Part shown: one piece after another, positions 18,995 through 28,844 of the stretch
How the letters are laid out: each line of letters opens with the position of its first letter
How positions within the stretch are numbered: the stretch's first letter is position 1
Assembly (NCBI GenBank): GCA_017646005.1
Contig: JAGCNJ010000040.1
Coordinates: 1 to 51,534 of the forward strand
Length of the DNA: 51,534 nt
Source of the DNA: Clostridia bacterium
Lineage (GTDB): Bacteria > Bacillota > Clostridia > Oscillospirales > CAG-272
Reading direction: 5' to 3'
Notes under the pieces: generated by a model
The model's input: only the letters and a program-made list of their open reading frames with translations
What the model was told of the DNA's origin: nothing
Database searches by the model: none
Made by a program: the position numbers and the translations under genes

Positions 18995-19148
18995 ATACAA
19001 TCTATGAATTTTAAATAATTTATATATCTTTTTACGTGCGGTGTAATATTTTTTGAGTTTCGCTCACATTCCATTATTTTTTAGCGCAAACAGCGCAAAA
19101 ATAAGTTGTTTCAACGGCGCTCAAAACAGCATTTTCGGCAATTTGAAC

Positions 19149-19189
19149 AAAAAATCACGGCAGGCTTACATTCAAAGCCTGCCGTGATT
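19149..19189 (-). terminator. Intrinsic terminator after the P-loop ATPase gene
   Basis: 15-bp inverted repeat aatcacggcaggctt / aagcctgccgtgatt with a T-tract on the minus strand. Confidence 0.8.
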
Positions 19190-19195
19190 CACGTT

Positions 19196-20257
19196 TTACC
19201 CCAGTATTTCGGATATAAGCACCTTTGTATATTCTTCCTTTGCTTTGAAATCCATAGACTGAATATATACCGACTCAAGAGACGTATGCAAAGCGTATAT
19301 CTTCTTCATGGTGCTGCTTGCTGCGTCTGTCATAAGCGAAGCACATCTGAGTGCCTGCCTTGCAGAAACACGTTCACTTCTGAAAGCATTTTTATCAAAA
19401 AATCTTTCGGCATTTATTATGAAATCGTCCGCCAGACATTCCCTGCCCTCACATATGGGTATAAAAGAAACGTCCGCATCATCAATGTATACCGCATCAA
19501 GCTTTCGTGTGTCAAGCGGATCATACGACACGGTATGGGATACGCGCTTTTCCTTCAGCTTTTCATGAACAGCTTTCAGAACAAGATGTGACATATGCGG
19601 CGTATCAGATATAAGATAGCGGGTTTTGGCTCTGTCGTATACACCGTCAAGCCTTGTCTTGCCAAGTGCGCTTATTCCGCACGAAAGCCTTATACGCACG
19701 CGGTATTCGCCCGTGCTTTCAAACCTGCGGCAAAATCTGTTTGCCCATCCGTCAAGCTTTTCCGTTTTTATATACGGCTTTATCATATCATCATACAGCT
19801 CTGTTATATCACCAGCTACCGAAAGATAAGAATACGCACGCTTATAAAGCTCGCTCTTTTGGGCGCATAAGGCCTTGATCTCTCTCTTTTTATCCACCAG
19901 CCGGGACGCATCCCAGAACACACCGAGATTTATTATAAAATCAAAGCATCCGGGCAATTTCGGCTCTGCCGTATGCGGCGGTGTACCGTCTATTATGCCG
20001 ATCCTTCGATCTGTAAGAATAACGCCGTCAAGCGACGAGGGATCCGACGAGCAATAAAAATACTCGACCTGCTCTCCGATGCTTTCGGCACTTTCGGCAA
20101 TATCTCTCATAAGACGGCTTTTGCCTGTGCCGCTTCCTCCCTTGATTATATAAAGTCTTTCAAGCTCATTTTTAGAAAAAATATCATCAAAAAAGCTTAT
20201 GAAGCCTCCGCGGGAATTCGCGGCGGCAAAATATGAATTCCGGTTATGTATAGTCAT
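19196..20257 (-). CDS. P-loop ATPase, PRK06851-like
   Basis: YFAAANSRGGFISFF, KGGSGTGKS, CSSDPSSLDGV and DGTPPH. Start ATG 20257 follows AGGAG (track start 20362 lies across a terminator). Confidence 0.8.
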   Translation of the reverse strand: MTIHNRNSYFAAANSRGGFISFFDDIFSKNELERLYIIKGGSGTGKSRLMRDIAESAESIGEQVEYFYCSSDPSSLDGVILTDRRIGIIDGTPPHTAEPKLPGCFDFIINLGVFWDASRLVDKKREIKALCAQKSELYKRAYSYLSVAGDITELYDDMIKPYIKTEKLDGWANRFCRRFESTGEYRVRIRLSCGISALGKTRLDGVYDRAKTRYLISDTPHMSHLVLKAVHEKLKEKRVSHTVSYDPLDTRKLDAVYIDDADVSFIPICEGRECLADDFIINAERFFDKNAFRSERVSARQALRCASLMTDAASSTMKKIYALHTSLESVYIQSMDFKAKEEYTKVLISEILG

Positions 20258-20331
20258 TGTCAAAGCTCCTGTATTTATGGCGTATATACGCCTGTTACAG
20301 TTTATGAAGCAACGCTTGATTCTGACAAAAG

Positions 20332-20357
20332 AAAAAGCGCACCGAAGTGCGCTTTTT
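20332..20357 (-). terminator. Intrinsic terminator after the phosphatase-dockerin gene
   Basis: aaaaagcgcac-cgaa-gtgcgcttttt hairpin 8 nt past the stop. Confidence 0.8.
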
Positions 20358-20365
20358 GACATTAT

Positions 20366-23300
20366 TTATCCAACGAGCGGAAGTGTTTCATATCCTGACC
20401 AGGATGCAAGGTGTCTTGCGAGTATTACGCTGTCACCTGACGTGATGGTACTGTCACCGTCCATATTACAGTACTCTGCCCATACGGAAACGTCATATCC
20501 GGTCCAGTTTGCAAGATAACGGCTTAAGATAACCGAGTCGGTAGAACCGATAACGCCGTCAGCATCCACATCGCCTGCTCTCATAACGGGGATCTCTTCG
20601 CTCTGACCAAAGCTGTTTGCTCCATATACCTTTGCCATAAAGCGTGCAACGTCGATATTTTCTATCGGTCCTCCCGCAAGAGCATCAACACCTGCGCCGA
20701 ATGCGTAGAGAGGCACGTTTCTGTTCGTGTGCACTTTTGTCGTGAATCTGTATCCGACACCAAATGACAGTTCGCTGTTATCGGCTGTTATTCCGCCCGT
20801 TTCGTGGTCAGCAGTAACTATAAGCGCGGTATCCGGGTGAAGAATTACAAACTGTGAAGCATAGGCGATAGCATCGTTGAATCGCTTTACGTTACTTACG
20901 ATAGAAAGCGCGTAATTAGCGTTTACAGCATCAAGACCACCGTGCGAATCCATACCACCGTCTTCAATCATAGCAAAGAAACGGGAACCATTTTCACTTA
21001 TCTTTTTAAGTGCTTTCTTCGTATGTTCTGTGAGTCCGTTTCCAACCGAGCCCGCACAGTAATCAAGTGCACCGCTTACGACAAGAGCATCAATATCTGC
21101 CTGAATCTCATCGTAGTTGGTTCTGTTATCATTATGCACAAAGAAGCTTGCAGGCGTAGCACCCGTGATTGCATCGTTTGTAACTACCGCAAGCTCTGCT
21201 CCGTTTTCATAAGCGAGCTCACTTACATGCTTAACATCATTTCCGTCCTTGTCCTTACCAACCTTTGCAGTGTAAGTCTTGTATCCGGTAGAAAGAGCTG
21301 TTGCTGAGGCCGCGCTGTCCGTATAGCCGGGATCAGTCTTACCCTTTAACACGTTATCTATTACACCCTGATGTCTTGTTATCTGTCTTTCTGCTACGGG
21401 GAAATCCTGTGCAACAAATTTATCAAGGCCGTTTGCCAGTGCCATATTGATATGGTTATACCCCATTCCGTCACCGATCATTATGATAACATTTTCAGCC
21501 TTTTCCGCAAAACCTGCAAAAGTCTTTTTGCTTGCAGTTTTGGGAAGCGTCGTAATATTGATGCTTCCGCCCTCATTTGATTCTATATATTCCTGTGTGA
21601 ATGCGGCAACGCTCTGCGCGGTGTAAAGTCCGTTCTCGCTCATAACGACCTTATTGCCGTTTTTCACAAGAACATATTCGTTCGCACCAAGTCTTATGCC
21701 TGTGCTCGATTCACTTCGATTTGTATTACCGACAAGTATTTCGTAATCACTTTCAGCTGTTTTATCGGAAACTATCTCGGGAATACAATTCAGGTTTGAA
21801 GAAATATAATCCGCCAACAATTCTGCGGCATACTTTGAGTAAAGACTGCAGTTCTCCGGTATTACTATTTTATAATTACCGATATCAACTCCGTCAATCG
21901 CAATGTTGTCAAAGCGGTATGACGCAACAGTTACGTCAACAGTTCTTGTTATTACGGGAGCTGTGGAAAGTCCTGCATTAGCCTTGATTGTAAGTCTTGC
22001 ATTGCCGCCGTCTATAGCCTTGATCCTTCCGTTTACAATATCAACTATCTCAGGATTATCCGAGCTTACCGATACGTTCTCGAACGAACCGTAGGGTGAA
22101 ACGTTAACAGACAGGTCAAGCTCGCTGCCTTCCATTACCGTTATTGATGAAACCTCATTTCCCTTGCTTGTCACTTTAAGCGATTCGACCGCAACGTTAC
22201 TCCAATTTTTCTGAGCAAATGCTGCAGCATCAGCTTCTTTCTCGAAGAATGCAACGTATTCAAGCAAGAAGTAGGAGCCTGCATTTGCACCTCCCGTATA
22301 CTGCCAGGGCTTGAAGCGAAGCTTCTGACCGGTCATAGCCTCTGTGGGAGTATAGTTACTTGAGCCGGTTAATATGAAGTCATCACGTTTAATTACAGCC
22401 GACTTCCATTCACCCTTTGATGCTGCCGGCTTTGTACCCATAAAGAATGAATATGCGGTGATATCAGAGCCGTAAACGCCCTGCACCGATGCCTTATCGG
22501 CATAGAAGCTTGTATCAAGGTTATTTGCGTTCTGTGACTGGAAATAGCTTGCCACCCAATAAGGATACTTTGCCATATTGATTCCGCTCACAGACTGTGT
22601 AATGTTTATTTCGGGGTTTTCTCCCTCTATTGCATCAAAGCGTGCGTATATCTTTTTCTGTGCGAAATCGTATACTGTTCTTACGTTTGAGGTAGCGCTT
22701 GTCTGTGATATTTCAAAAAGCTCTTCTCCGCTGAGAATGATATGATCAACTCTCATCTCATAATTAAGCGTTGAGGGGATAATAACAGTTTTGTTTTCGG
22801 CATCAACGTAAGTATTATAGAAATACCAGAGTGCAGTTACGGTATCCTCCGCAGTGCCTCCGACTATAAAAATACGCTTACTGCTCTTGTCGTACTTAAC
22901 TATATATTCACCCGCAACAAGACCCTGAGAAAGTGCTCCCGAACGGTTTGTGTTTCCGATCACGATTTCCTTTGCCACGGGATCAGCAGCTGCATCTGAC
23001 GTATCAGATGCCGTGGGAATATTTCCGACACCCAGATCATATCGCATAGCATTTGCAAGATTAGCAAGCTCAGGCGTAATTATATCTGAAATATCGTCGT
23101 CGTATATGATTGTGTATTCGGCGTTGCCGTCGGCTACTACCGTAATATCGCCTTCATCCTCTTCAGGCTTGTTAAGGCTTTCGATATATTCCTTTGCCGC
23201 GCTTTCGCTCTTGAAAAATGCAACGTAATCAATTGCAAAATACGAGCCATCCGTTGCGTTGCTCGTCCAGGGCTTGAATCGCAGATACTGACCTGTCATC

Positions 23301-24343
23301 GATGACACGGGAGGACATCCCTCTGTGCCATAGAAATTATCTCTTACAAGAATTGTCGTCTTCCATTCACCGTTTGATCCCTCGGGATGAGGATTTGAGT
23401 AAAAAGAGTTTGTGATATCCTGCTCGTTCGGGTATGCCGCCTGTACAGACTGGAGATCGGCCTTGAAGGTAGCATCGAGCTTTGATGCATTTTGTGACTG
23501 ATAATAGCTTACCACCCAATAAGGATACGCCGCGAGATTAACTCCGGAATCCTTCTGTGTGATGCTGATCTCGGGCTTTGTTCCGGACACTGCCGCAAAT
23601 TTAACGTAGGTTTTTCCGGATACCGTATCGTTCACAAGTGAGGATGTGGCATTCTTGAGCAATGATGCCGCTGCAAAAAGTGCCTGTCCGCTGACCACCT
23701 TGCTGTCTTCGAGATTCAGGCTGTTAATATAATCCTCGGCAGCCTGCTCACTCTTAAAAAATCCAACGTATTCAAGCGCAAAGTAAGAGCCGTCCTTGGC
23801 ATTGCTCGACCAGGGCTTGAAGCGGAGATACTGTCCTGTCATAGCAGAGGTAGGCGGATAGTCTGCCGAATCAGCGTAAAAGCCGTCACGCTTAAGTACT
23901 ACCGTCTTCCATTCACCGTTCGAAGCTGCCGGCTGATCCTGTCCGCTGCAATAAAACGAGTTTGTAAGTCCCGCATCGGGGTATACTGTGTTTATGGACG
24001 TAAGATCCGCCTTGAACGTAGTATCAAGTCGGGTTGCAGTCTGTGACTGATAATAGCTGACTACCCAATAAGGATATTCGGCTAAGTTTACACCGGACGC
24101 CCCCTGTGTGATGCTTATTTCGGGCTTTGTTCCCGTAGTTGGTACAAACTTCACATAGGTTCTGCCCTGTGCGTCTGTCTCTACGCTTTTGCTTGCAACG
24201 TTCTTTATGGAAGTCGCGTTTGAAAGCGCAGTGCCGGCTAAAATTATGCTGTCTGCTGTTGCTCCCGAAACGTTAACCGGAAATGCGCAAAGCTGCATAA
24301 CAAGAATAACGGCGATCAGAATAATTGACATCGTCTTTTTCAT
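20366..24343 (-). CDS. Large secreted multidomain alkaline-phosphatase-family protein with three unknown repeat domains, two GH20-domain-2-like modules, an Ig-like domain and a C-terminal dockerin-like module
   Basis: Signal peptide. AP motifs IGDGMG, TDSAASATA, ATPA, TADHETGG and HT..NVPLYAFG. Two EI.(I/V)GNTNR modules. C-terminal duplicated GDVDADG..DSVIL.R.LA.W. Confidence 0.85.
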   Translation of the reverse strand: MKKTMSIILIAVILVMQLCAFPVNVSGATADSIILAGTALSNATSIKNVASKSVETDAQGRTYVKFVPTTGTKPEISITQGASGVNLAEYPYWVVSYYQSQTATRLDTTFKADLTSINTVYPDAGLTNSFYCSGQDQPAASNGEWKTVVLKRDGFYADSADYPPTSAMTGQYLRFKPWSSNAKDGSYFALEYVGFFKSEQAAEDYINSLNLEDSKVVSGQALFAAASLLKNATSSLVNDTVSGKTYVKFAAVSGTKPEISITQKDSGVNLAAYPYWVVSYYQSQNASKLDATFKADLQSVQAAYPNEQDITNSFYSNPHPEGSNGEWKTTILVRDNFYGTEGCPPVSSMTGQYLRFKPWTSNATDGSYFAIDYVAFFKSESAAKEYIESLNKPEEDEGDITVVADGNAEYTIIYDDDISDIITPELANLANAMRYDLGVGNIPTASDTSDAAADPVAKEIVIGNTNRSGALSQGLVAGEYIVKYDKSSKRIFIVGGTAEDTVTALWYFYNTYVDAENKTVIIPSTLNYEMRVDHIILSGEELFEISQTSATSNVRTVYDFAQKKIYARFDAIEGENPEINITQSVSGINMAKYPYWVASYFQSQNANNLDTSFYADKASVQGVYGSDITAYSFFMGTKPAASKGEWKSAVIKRDDFILTGSSNYTPTEAMTGQKLRFKPWQYTGGANAGSYFLLEYVAFFEKEADAAAFAQKNWSNVAVESLKVTSKGNEVSSITVMEGSELDLSVNVSPYGSFENVSVSSDNPEIVDIVNGRIKAIDGGNARLTIKANAGLSTAPVITRTVDVTVASYRFDNIAIDGVDIGNYKIVIPENCSLYSKYAAELLADYISSNLNCIPEIVSDKTAESDYEILVGNTNRSESSTGIRLGANEYVLVKNGNKVVMSENGLYTAQSVAAFTQEYIESNEGGSINITTLPKTASKKTFAGFAEKAENVIIMIGDGMGYNHINMALANGLDKFVAQDFPVAERQITRHQGVIDNVLKGKTDPGYTDSAASATALSTGYKTYTAKVGKDKDGNDVKHVSELAYENGAELAVVTNDAITGATPASFFVHNDNRTNYDEIQADIDALVVSGALDYCAGSVGNGLTEHTKKALKKISENGSRFFAMIEDGGMDSHGGLDAVNANYALSIVSNVKRFNDAIAYASQFVILHPDTALIVTADHETGGITADNSELSFGVGYRFTTKVHTNRNVPLYAFGAGVDALAGGPIENIDVARFMAKVYGANSFGQSEEIPVMRAGDVDADGVIGSTDSVILSRYLANWTGYDVSVWAEYCNMDGDSTITSGDSVILARHLASWSGYETLPLVG
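22215..24256 (-). repeat. Three intragenic copies of a ~175-aa domain (approx. 23720-24256, 23170-23710, 22215-22750)
   Basis: Each copy has PEI.ITQ..SG(V/I)N(L/M)A.YPYWV.SY.QSQ...GEWK...MTGQ.LRFKPW...SYF...YV.FF. Confidence 0.85.
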
Positions 24344-24368
24344 GTTTTCCCTCCGAAAATATAATTTA

Positions 24369-24397
24369 TTGACAAAATGCTCTCTGTATGGTATAAT
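24369..24397 (+). promoter_or_regulatory. Consensus sigmaA promoter of the AraC gene
   Basis: TTGACA-17 nt-TATAAT with an extended TG. Confidence 0.8.
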
Positions 24398-24423
24398 TCA
24401 ACAAGAACACTTCTTCAATTTAA

Positions 24424-24452
24424 AGTATAAACATTTAACGCACCCTTGTCAA
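24424..24452 (-). promoter_or_regulatory. sigmaA promoter of the phosphatase-dockerin gene
   Basis: Minus strand reads TTGACA-17 nt-TATACT. Confidence 0.72.
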
Positions 24453-24486
24453 CGGGAATATCTTGCGACGAACAGGAAAATATTGC

Positions 24487-25281
24487 ATGTATACACAAAA
24501 ATTAAAAGTGAACACCGGTCTTCCGATCTTCCCCATATCTGCAGCTCTTCTTGTTAAGCAGACGCCGATATCTATGCCCGCAGGCAGCAGAAGACACCAT
24601 GTTCTCTGGGTAAATGACGGAGAAATGAGCCTTACGATCAACAACGTAACACATACACTGCAAAAAAACACGGGTATTATTTTCCGCGCCAATACACCCA
24701 TAAAATATTTCAGCGCAGACGACCGCGAGCTTACAACCTCTTGGATCACCTTTAAGGGCGGCGATCAGCTTATTGAATACAGCTGTATAGAAAAATACCT
24801 TATTTTCAAATGTCCTCCCGATATGGATGCAAGAGCGCAGGAGCTTCACAACTTCATTATACAGGAAAATCCGGATATACTCAAATCATCCGAAACATAC
24901 CGATGGGTTTCAGAGTTGCTCAACTGCATCGCAAAAAAAGAACCGAGCGTTTCGGAAATGGTAAGGGCTTATCTTTATCAGAATTTTTTCAAGCAGCTTT
25001 CTCTTGACGATATAGCGGCTGCCGTGGGGATAAACAAATTTTCGCTCTGCCGTATATATAAAAATGAAACCGGATACCAGATAATATACGATCTCAAGCG
25101 CATAAGATGCGAAAAAGCCTCTCACCTGCTTGTACACACTGCCATGTCCATACAGGAGATAGGGCACGTATGTGGATATGTTGATTCCGACTACTTCAGC
25201 AAAAATTTCAAGAGTTATATGAAATGCACGCCAAGCGAATACAGGAAGAAGTGCAACAGCAAAGAGAATATACAGGAATAA
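24487..25281 (+). CDS. AraC-family transcriptional regulator
   Basis: N-terminal cupin-like domain; LSLDDIAAAVGINKFSLCRIYK and IQEIGHVCGYVDSDYFSKNFKSYMKCTPSEYRK double HTH. Start ATG 24487. Confidence 0.92.
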   Translation: MYTQKLKVNTGLPIFPISAALLVKQTPISMPAGSRRHHVLWVNDGEMSLTINNVTHTLQKNTGIIFRANTPIKYFSADDRELTTSWITFKGGDQLIEYSCIEKYLIFKCPPDMDARAQELHNFIIQENPDILKSSETYRWVSELLNCIAKKEPSVSEMVRAYLYQNFFKQLSLDDIAAAVGINKFSLCRIYKNETGYQIIYDLKRIRCEKASHLLVHTAMSIQEIGHVCGYVDSDYFSKNFKSYMKCTPSEYRKKCNSKENIQE

Positions 25282-25312
25282 AAAAAGAGGTCACCAAGTG
25301 ACCTCTTTTTTT
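25280..25312. terminator. Bidirectional terminator between the AraC gene and the carboxypeptidase gene
   Basis: aaaaaagaggtcac-caa-gtgacctctttttt between convergent stops. Confidence 0.85.
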
Positions 25313-26273
25313 ATGTAAAATTATCATACAGATACAAGGTATCGTCGACCTGCTTTTGCTCGGTACGGTGATTGCCCGGTCCGCCTAAAACCACAGACAC
25401 ATATCTGTTTCCGTTATTTTCTCCATATGTGGCAAGGCAAAGTCCGGCATCATATGTAAAGCCGGTTTTTCCGCCGTATATCATTGCTTCTTCAGGGGTT
25501 TTGCCGCCAAGCTTTGAAAAGACCGTGCTTTTCATTGTAAATCCGTCGGGATGCTTATTTGTCGGTCTGACAGTATACCTCTGTGTGCTTGATATTTCGC
25601 GGAACTGCTCATTTTCAAGTGCATAAATAAGTATCTGTGCCATTTCAGCCGCATTCGAATAGTGACCTTCTGCATCAAAGCCGTATATGTTTTCAAAATG
25701 AGTATTTGAAAGTCCCATTTCAAGAGCCTTCGCGTTCATCATATCAACAAGCGCGCTGTCGCTTCCCGCAATATACTCTGCCGCGGCGGCTGCCGCCTCC
25801 GCGCCCGACGGAAGCATTATTCCGTATAACAGATCACGCAGAGTTACCTTTTCACCCGGCAGAAAGCCTGCCATTGACGCACCCTCGCGATACAGCTTAT
25901 CGTACAGCTTCGGAGAAACAGTAACGCTCGCATCAAGATCCTGTGCATTTTCAAGTATCACAATCGCAGTCATTATTTTTGTAAGAGATGCGGGTGCCAC
26001 TCTTGCACCGCTATCCTTTTCCGCTATGACCGAGTGCGGCTCTGACAAGCAGAAGTAAGCATTCCTTACGACAAGCTCATCGTCAAGAGATACCGATGCA
26101 CTTTCAGGCTGTATCTGAGAGCTTACGGCATATACGCTTGTGTTTTCAAGCATAGTCTTTGGCGTGCCCAAAAGTATATCGGAATTTTGGGGTGCAAATA
26201 TAATACAGATTATTACAAGCGACACCAGACCTGCAAGCTTCAGACCAAGAAATCTGTTTTTACTTCTTTTCAT
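25311..26273 (-). CDS. D-alanyl-D-alanine carboxypeptidase (peptidase S11)
   Basis: N-terminal TM helix, PASLTKIMT (SxxK), MLPSGAEAA (SxN variant) and GGKTGFT. Confidence 0.9.
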   Translation of the reverse strand: MKRSKNRFLGLKLAGLVSLVIICIIFAPQNSDILLGTPKTMLENTSVYAVSSQIQPESASVSLDDELVVRNAYFCLSEPHSVIAEKDSGARVAPASLTKIMTAIVILENAQDLDASVTVSPKLYDKLYREGASMAGFLPGEKVTLRDLLYGIMLPSGAEAAAAAAEYIAGSDSALVDMMNAKALEMGLSNTHFENIYGFDAEGHYSNAAEMAQILIYALENEQFREISSTQRYTVRPTNKHPDGFTMKSTVFSKLGGKTPEEAMIYGGKTGFTYDAGLCLATYGENNGNRYVSVVLGGPGNHRTEQKQVDDTLYLYDNFT

Positions 26274-26814
26274 TTCTCATTTTATCAACCTTCAGCACGG
26301 CACAGACCGTTTTGCCGTCGGTGATCTCCCCATTCAAAACCTTCTGTACAAGCATATCGAACGGAAGCTTCTCAACGCTCAGAAATTCGTCCTCGTCAAG
26401 ATCCTGCGCTCCAAGACTCAAATCGGTAGCATAGTAAAGATATATTACCTCGCTCAAAAGCGCAGGGCTTGGAATATACTCACCAAGATATGTCACGCTT
26501 GCGCTTGTAAGACCTGTTTCCTCTCTGAGCTCACGCATAGCCGCCTCAAGATGATCCTCTTCTGCAAAATCAAGCTTTCCCGCAGGAATTTCGGTTATAA
26601 CACGCCCGTGAGGATATCTGTACTGATTAACGATATAAGCGTTATCGTCCTTATCTATGGCAAGTACGGCAACAGCTCCGTTATGCTTGAGATATTCGCG
26701 GGTCGATCTTTCGCCGTTGGGAAGCAATATCTCGTCAAGATAGAGATGTGCAACCACCCCGTCAAATACAAGCCTTGAGCTTATCTGCTTTTCTATGAGT
26801 TTTTCTGTATTCAT
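26260..26814 (-). CDS. nudF: NUDIX hydrolase, ADP-ribose pyrophosphatase
   Basis: QYRYP, EIPAGKLD...AMRELREETG Nudix box, DEDEFL and ITDGKT. Confidence 0.9.
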   Translation of the reverse strand: MNTEKLIEKQISSRLVFDGVVAHLYLDEILLPNGERSTREYLKHNGAVAVLAIDKDDNAYIVNQYRYPHGRVITEIPAGKLDFAEEDHLEAAMRELREETGLTSASVTYLGEYIPSPALLSEVIYLYYATDLSLGAQDLDEDEFLSVEKLPFDMLVQKVLNGEITDGKTVCAVLKVDKMRNEKK

Positions 26815-26819
26815 TCCGT

Positions 26820-28541
26820 TTATCTCACCCAGGTCTTTGTATATTCCTTGTAAGCTGACAGCTTTTCAAGCGTCTTTTCCTCGCTGTCCGAGCAGGCAAG
26901 TATATACACCTTTACCTTGGGCTCAGTGCCTGAGGGTCGGATAACAAGTATGTCTCCGTTATCAAGGATAAAGTAAAGAACGTTTGACTTCGGAAGCCCT
27001 GTTGAGCTTATCTTATCACTTCCCGCAACCCTTACGGTATCTGCAAGATAGTCGCGAAATTCAACGACCTTGTATCCGCACATTTTAACAGGCGGATCGT
27101 TTCTTAAATCATCCATGAGCTTCTGCATACGCTCGTTACCGTCAAGGCCGTCCATAACGATGCTCTTGGATGCCTCCATATAGTAGCCGTAGCGGTCATA
27201 AAGCTTATCCATGGCATCAGCAAGAGTCATTCCCTTGCCGCGGTAATAAGCTGCCATTTCTGCTATAAGCATTGTTGCTACCACCGCATCCTTATCGCGT
27301 GCGTACGTGCCCTTGAGATAACCGTAGCTTTCCTCAAAGCCAAGCACGTAGCTGTCATTACCTGTCACTTCAAGCTTCTTGATTACTTCACCTATGAATT
27401 TGAAGCCTGTAAGCACGTTAAATATCCTTATATTATGAGCCTCGCATATCTTTGCGGCAAGCTCGGTTGTTACAATAGTTTTTACAACGTAAGGATTAAC
27501 CGGCATAGTACCCGTTTCCTCATATGCCGTTGCAAGATATTCGATAAGAAGCGCGCCGACCTGGTTACCTGTTATCGTCTTAAAGCCTCCGTCTGCGCAT
27601 TTTATCATAATACCGACACGGTCTGCGTCAGGGTCTGTCGCGATTATAAGGTCACATCCGTGTTCGAAGGCTACCTCTATCCCCTCTTCAAACACCTCCG
27701 GAAATTCAGGGTTCGGGAAACGTATTTCGGGAAAATTACCGTCGGGCTTCATCTGTTTTTTAACGGTATATACGTTCTTAAATCCTGCTCTTGCAAGAAC
27801 CTCCGGAACTATTCTGTAGCCTGTTCCGCAAAGAGGTGTATACACAACGCCGAAATCATCCGCAACAGCCTTTACCGCATTGGGATACACCGCCTCGGCG
27901 AGCACCTTTTCCATATATTTTTCATCAAAGTCCTTGCCCAGGATTATTATCTTACCCTCTGCAACAGCCTTATCGAAGTCTGCAAATTTCGCGCCGTTTA
28001 ACACGTCGATCTTATCAATGAAATCGGAGACCGTCTGCGCGTGGTCGGGCGGAAGCTGAGCGCCATCCTCCCAATAAGCCTTATATCCGTTATATTCCTT
28101 GGGATTATGCGATGCTGTAATATTTACACCTGCAATACATCCGAGCTCGCGTACCGCAAAGGAAAGGACGGGTGTGGGTCGAAGTTCGTCGAAAATATAG
28201 GTTGTAAGACCGTTTGCGGCAAAAACCGATGCTGTGGTCTTGGCAAAAAGCTCCGAGTTATTACGAGAATCGTAAGCAACGACAACGGGTCTCTTTCCGT
28301 TACATTCCTTGTTTATAAGATCGGCAAAGCCCTGAGTTGCCTGTGCGACCGTATATACGTTCATCGCGTTAAGACCCGCCTTCATGGTGCCGCGAAGTCC
28401 CGCGGTACCGAATTCAAGCCTTTTTGAAAAGCGGTATTTTATCTCGTCATCGTTTCCTTCAATCGCAAGAAGCTCCTTCTTTGTTACTTCATCGACATTA
28501 TCACTTTCAAGCCAATATCTGTAATTTTCCTTGTAGCTCAC
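26820..28541 (-). CDS. pgm: Phosphoglucomutase/phosphomannomutase
   Basis: FGTAGLRG, TASHNP, DPDADR, GFEESYG and RPSGTEPK. GTG start with GGAGG SD. Confidence 0.95.
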   Translation of the reverse strand: MSYKENYRYWLESDNVDEVTKKELLAIEGNDDEIKYRFSKRLEFGTAGLRGTMKAGLNAMNVYTVAQATQGFADLINKECNGKRPVVVAYDSRNNSELFAKTTASVFAANGLTTYIFDELRPTPVLSFAVRELGCIAGVNITASHNPKEYNGYKAYWEDGAQLPPDHAQTVSDFIDKIDVLNGAKFADFDKAVAEGKIIILGKDFDEKYMEKVLAEAVYPNAVKAVADDFGVVYTPLCGTGYRIVPEVLARAGFKNVYTVKKQMKPDGNFPEIRFPNPEFPEVFEEGIEVAFEHGCDLIIATDPDADRVGIMIKCADGGFKTITGNQVGALLIEYLATAYEETGTMPVNPYVVKTIVTTELAAKICEAHNIRIFNVLTGFKFIGEVIKKLEVTGNDSYVLGFEESYGYLKGTYARDKDAVVATMLIAEMAAYYRGKGMTLADAMDKLYDRYGYYMEASKSIVMDGLDGNERMQKLMDDLRNDPPVKMCGYKVVEFRDYLADTVRVAGSDKISSTGLPKSNVLYFILDNGDILVIRPSGTEPKVKVYILACSDSEEKTLEKLSAYKEYTKTWVR

Positions 28542-28564
28542 TGTATTTTCCTCCGTAACTTATC

Positions 28565-28822
28565 TCAGTTGTTTTCAAGCTCAAGCTTAAGCGCGGTCGC
28601 TAACTGGTCAGGGCAGGACGTTCTCTTGAATCCGCACTTTATCCCCTCGAGTCGCTTTATAACGTCCTGTGCATCCATTCCGACGACAAGACTTGCGATA
28701 CCGTGGGTATTTCCGTCGCATCCGCCGATAAATTTCACGCTTTCGATTATATTTCCGTCAAGCTCTATTTCTATTGCACGGGAGCAGGTTCCCTGAGTTT
28801 TATAATTTAATGTTCTTTTCAT
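28565..28822 (-). CDS. TSCPD-domain protein (TIGR03905-like, four Cys)
   Basis: GTCSR, GGCDGN and GIKCGFKRTSCPDQLA. Confidence 0.88.
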   Translation of the reverse strand: MKRTLNYKTQGTCSRAIEIELDGNIIESVKFIGGCDGNTHGIASLVVGMDAQDVIKRLEGIKCGFKRTSCPDQLATALKLELENN

Positions 28823-28844
28823 AATTACGTCCTTTCATTAAGCC

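Noticed and set aside
18903-19148. Riboswitch or small RNA in the gap upstream of cdaA
   Set aside because: Only AT-rich promoter sequence and short weak hairpins; no recognisable aptamer motif by eye.
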